From Pristiophorus japonicus (Eukaryota): 64,000 bases of DNA. Below the pieces are notes generated by a model. It did not search any database, was not told the origin of the DNA, and was given only the letters and a program-made list of their open reading frames with translations. Positions 63,001-64,000 of this stretch are shown piece after piece. The stretch lies in assembly GCF_044704955.1 (NCBI RefSeq), contig NC_091995.1, positions 17,980,001-18,044,000 on the forward strand, read 5' to 3'. The position numbers and the translations under genes are program-made. Each line of letters opens with the position of its first letter. Positions within the stretch are counted from its first letter, which is position 1.

Positions 63001-63507
63001 GAGAGAGAGAGAGCTTGCAGGGGGTGAGAGAGAGAGAGAGAGCATTGGGGGTGAGAGAGAGAGAGAGATCTTGGCAGGGTGGGTGAGAACTTAAAGGGGA
63101 GAGAGAGATAGAGAGCTTGGGGTGGGATAGAGAGAGCTTGGGGGGTGCGGGGAGATACAAGAAGAGAAAGAGCTGCAAGTGCGTGTGAAAGTAGAGCTTC
63201 GGGGGGGTTGAAGAGAGACCCTGTGGGGGGTGGGGGGAGAGAGAGATGGAGAGAGAGATGGAGAGCGAGAGAGCGCTTGGGAGGAGGGAGAGAAAGAGAG
63301 GGAGAGAGAGAGAGCTTGGGGGAGGGGGGAGCGTGGAGAGAGACAGAGAGAGGGAGAGATTGGGAGGGGAGAGAGAGAGGTTGGGGCAGCAGGAGAGAGA
63401 GAGCCTTGGTGTTGGGGGAGAGAAAGAGAGAGAGCTTGGGGCGGGAGACAGAGAGAAAGAGAGAGAGAGCATCAGGGGGGCTGGAGAGACAGAGTCTGGG
63501 GGGATTA

Positions 63508-64000
63508 GAAACATAGAAACATAGAAACATAGAAATTAGGTGCAGGAGTAGGCCATTTGGCCCTTCGAGCCTGCACTGCAATTCAATAAGATCATGGCTG
63601 ATCATTCACCTCAGTAACCCTTTCCTGCTTTCTCTCCATACCCCTTGATCCCCCTAGCCGTAAGGGCCATATCTAACTCCCTCTTGAATATATCCAATGA
63701 ACAGTCATCAACAACTCTCTGCGGTAGGGAATTCCATGGGTTAACAACTCTCTGAGTGAAGAAGTTTCTCCTCAGCTCAGTCCTAAATGGCCTACCCCTT
63801 ATCTTTAGACTATGTCCCCTGGTTCTGGACTTCCCCAACATCAGGAACATTCTTCCCGCATCTAACCTGTCCAGTCTCGTCAGAATTTTATATGTTTCTA
63901 TGAGATCCTCTCTCATCCTTCTAAGCTCCAGTGAATAAAGGCCCAGTTGATCCAGTCTCTCCTCATATATCAGTTCTGCCATCCCGGGAATCAGTCTGGT
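63508..64000 (-). mobile_element. CR1 LINE 3' end, runs off the window
   Basis: Open ORF2 C-terminus 63611-63982 and (tttctatg)3 tail. Confidence 0.95.

Larger units (their letters stand above)
30971..63507 (+). repeat. Polypurine satellite-like array, unit ~(GA)n-GCTT-(G)n, interrupted by insertions. Segments: ~30971-32187, 33637-34609, 40877-44326, 46286-47222, 50682-63507
   Basis: Directly visible. The G/A-rich strand is the + strand in every segment; about 19 kb in total. Confidence 0.95.

Noticed and set aside
30971-63507. CRISPR-like or telomeric array
   Set aside because: Eukaryotic context, no constant repeat with unique spacers, and no TTAGGG tandem.
30791-63605. Many long ORFs (up to 1056 aa) rich in L/S/P or G/E/R
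   Set aside because: These are translations of the stop-poor GA/CT array, open in several frames on both strands, with no domain structure.

Overview
This is vertebrate genomic DNA, very likely from a cartilaginous fish (shark), judged from its CR1 LINE and DeuSINE repeat families. The left half (1-30.9 kb) is a small cluster of NKp30/NCR3-like genes with single-exon, pre-joined VJ-type Ig domains. One minus-strand gene looks intact (leader with a GC-AG intron, V exon, uncharged TM exon). A second minus-strand V exon has extra cysteines and no visible TM exon, and there is a plus-strand V pseudogene. These sit among CR1/L2-type LINEs, DeuSINEs, a Tx1 fragment, a Gypsy fragment and a class III ERV pol remnant. 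The right half (31-64 kb) is about 19 kb of strand-asymmetric (GA)n-GCTT-(G)n repeat, dense in AGCT and resembling an Ig switch region. Inserted in it is a young 6.27-kb provirus (34610-40876, minus) with two apparently identical 670-bp LTRs, a 5-bp TSD, a perfect tRNA-Ser PBS, a PPT and splice donor/acceptor. It has no recognisable gag/pol, and its only gene is an envelope with paramyxo/pneumovirus F-like architecture (lokiretrovirus-like). A second, diverged and decayed envelope of the same family lies at about 47.6-49.5 kb. The array also holds CR1 insertions and a solo LTR carrying a CTCF motif that was duplicated along with the array. All family assignments are by eye and need database confirmation.
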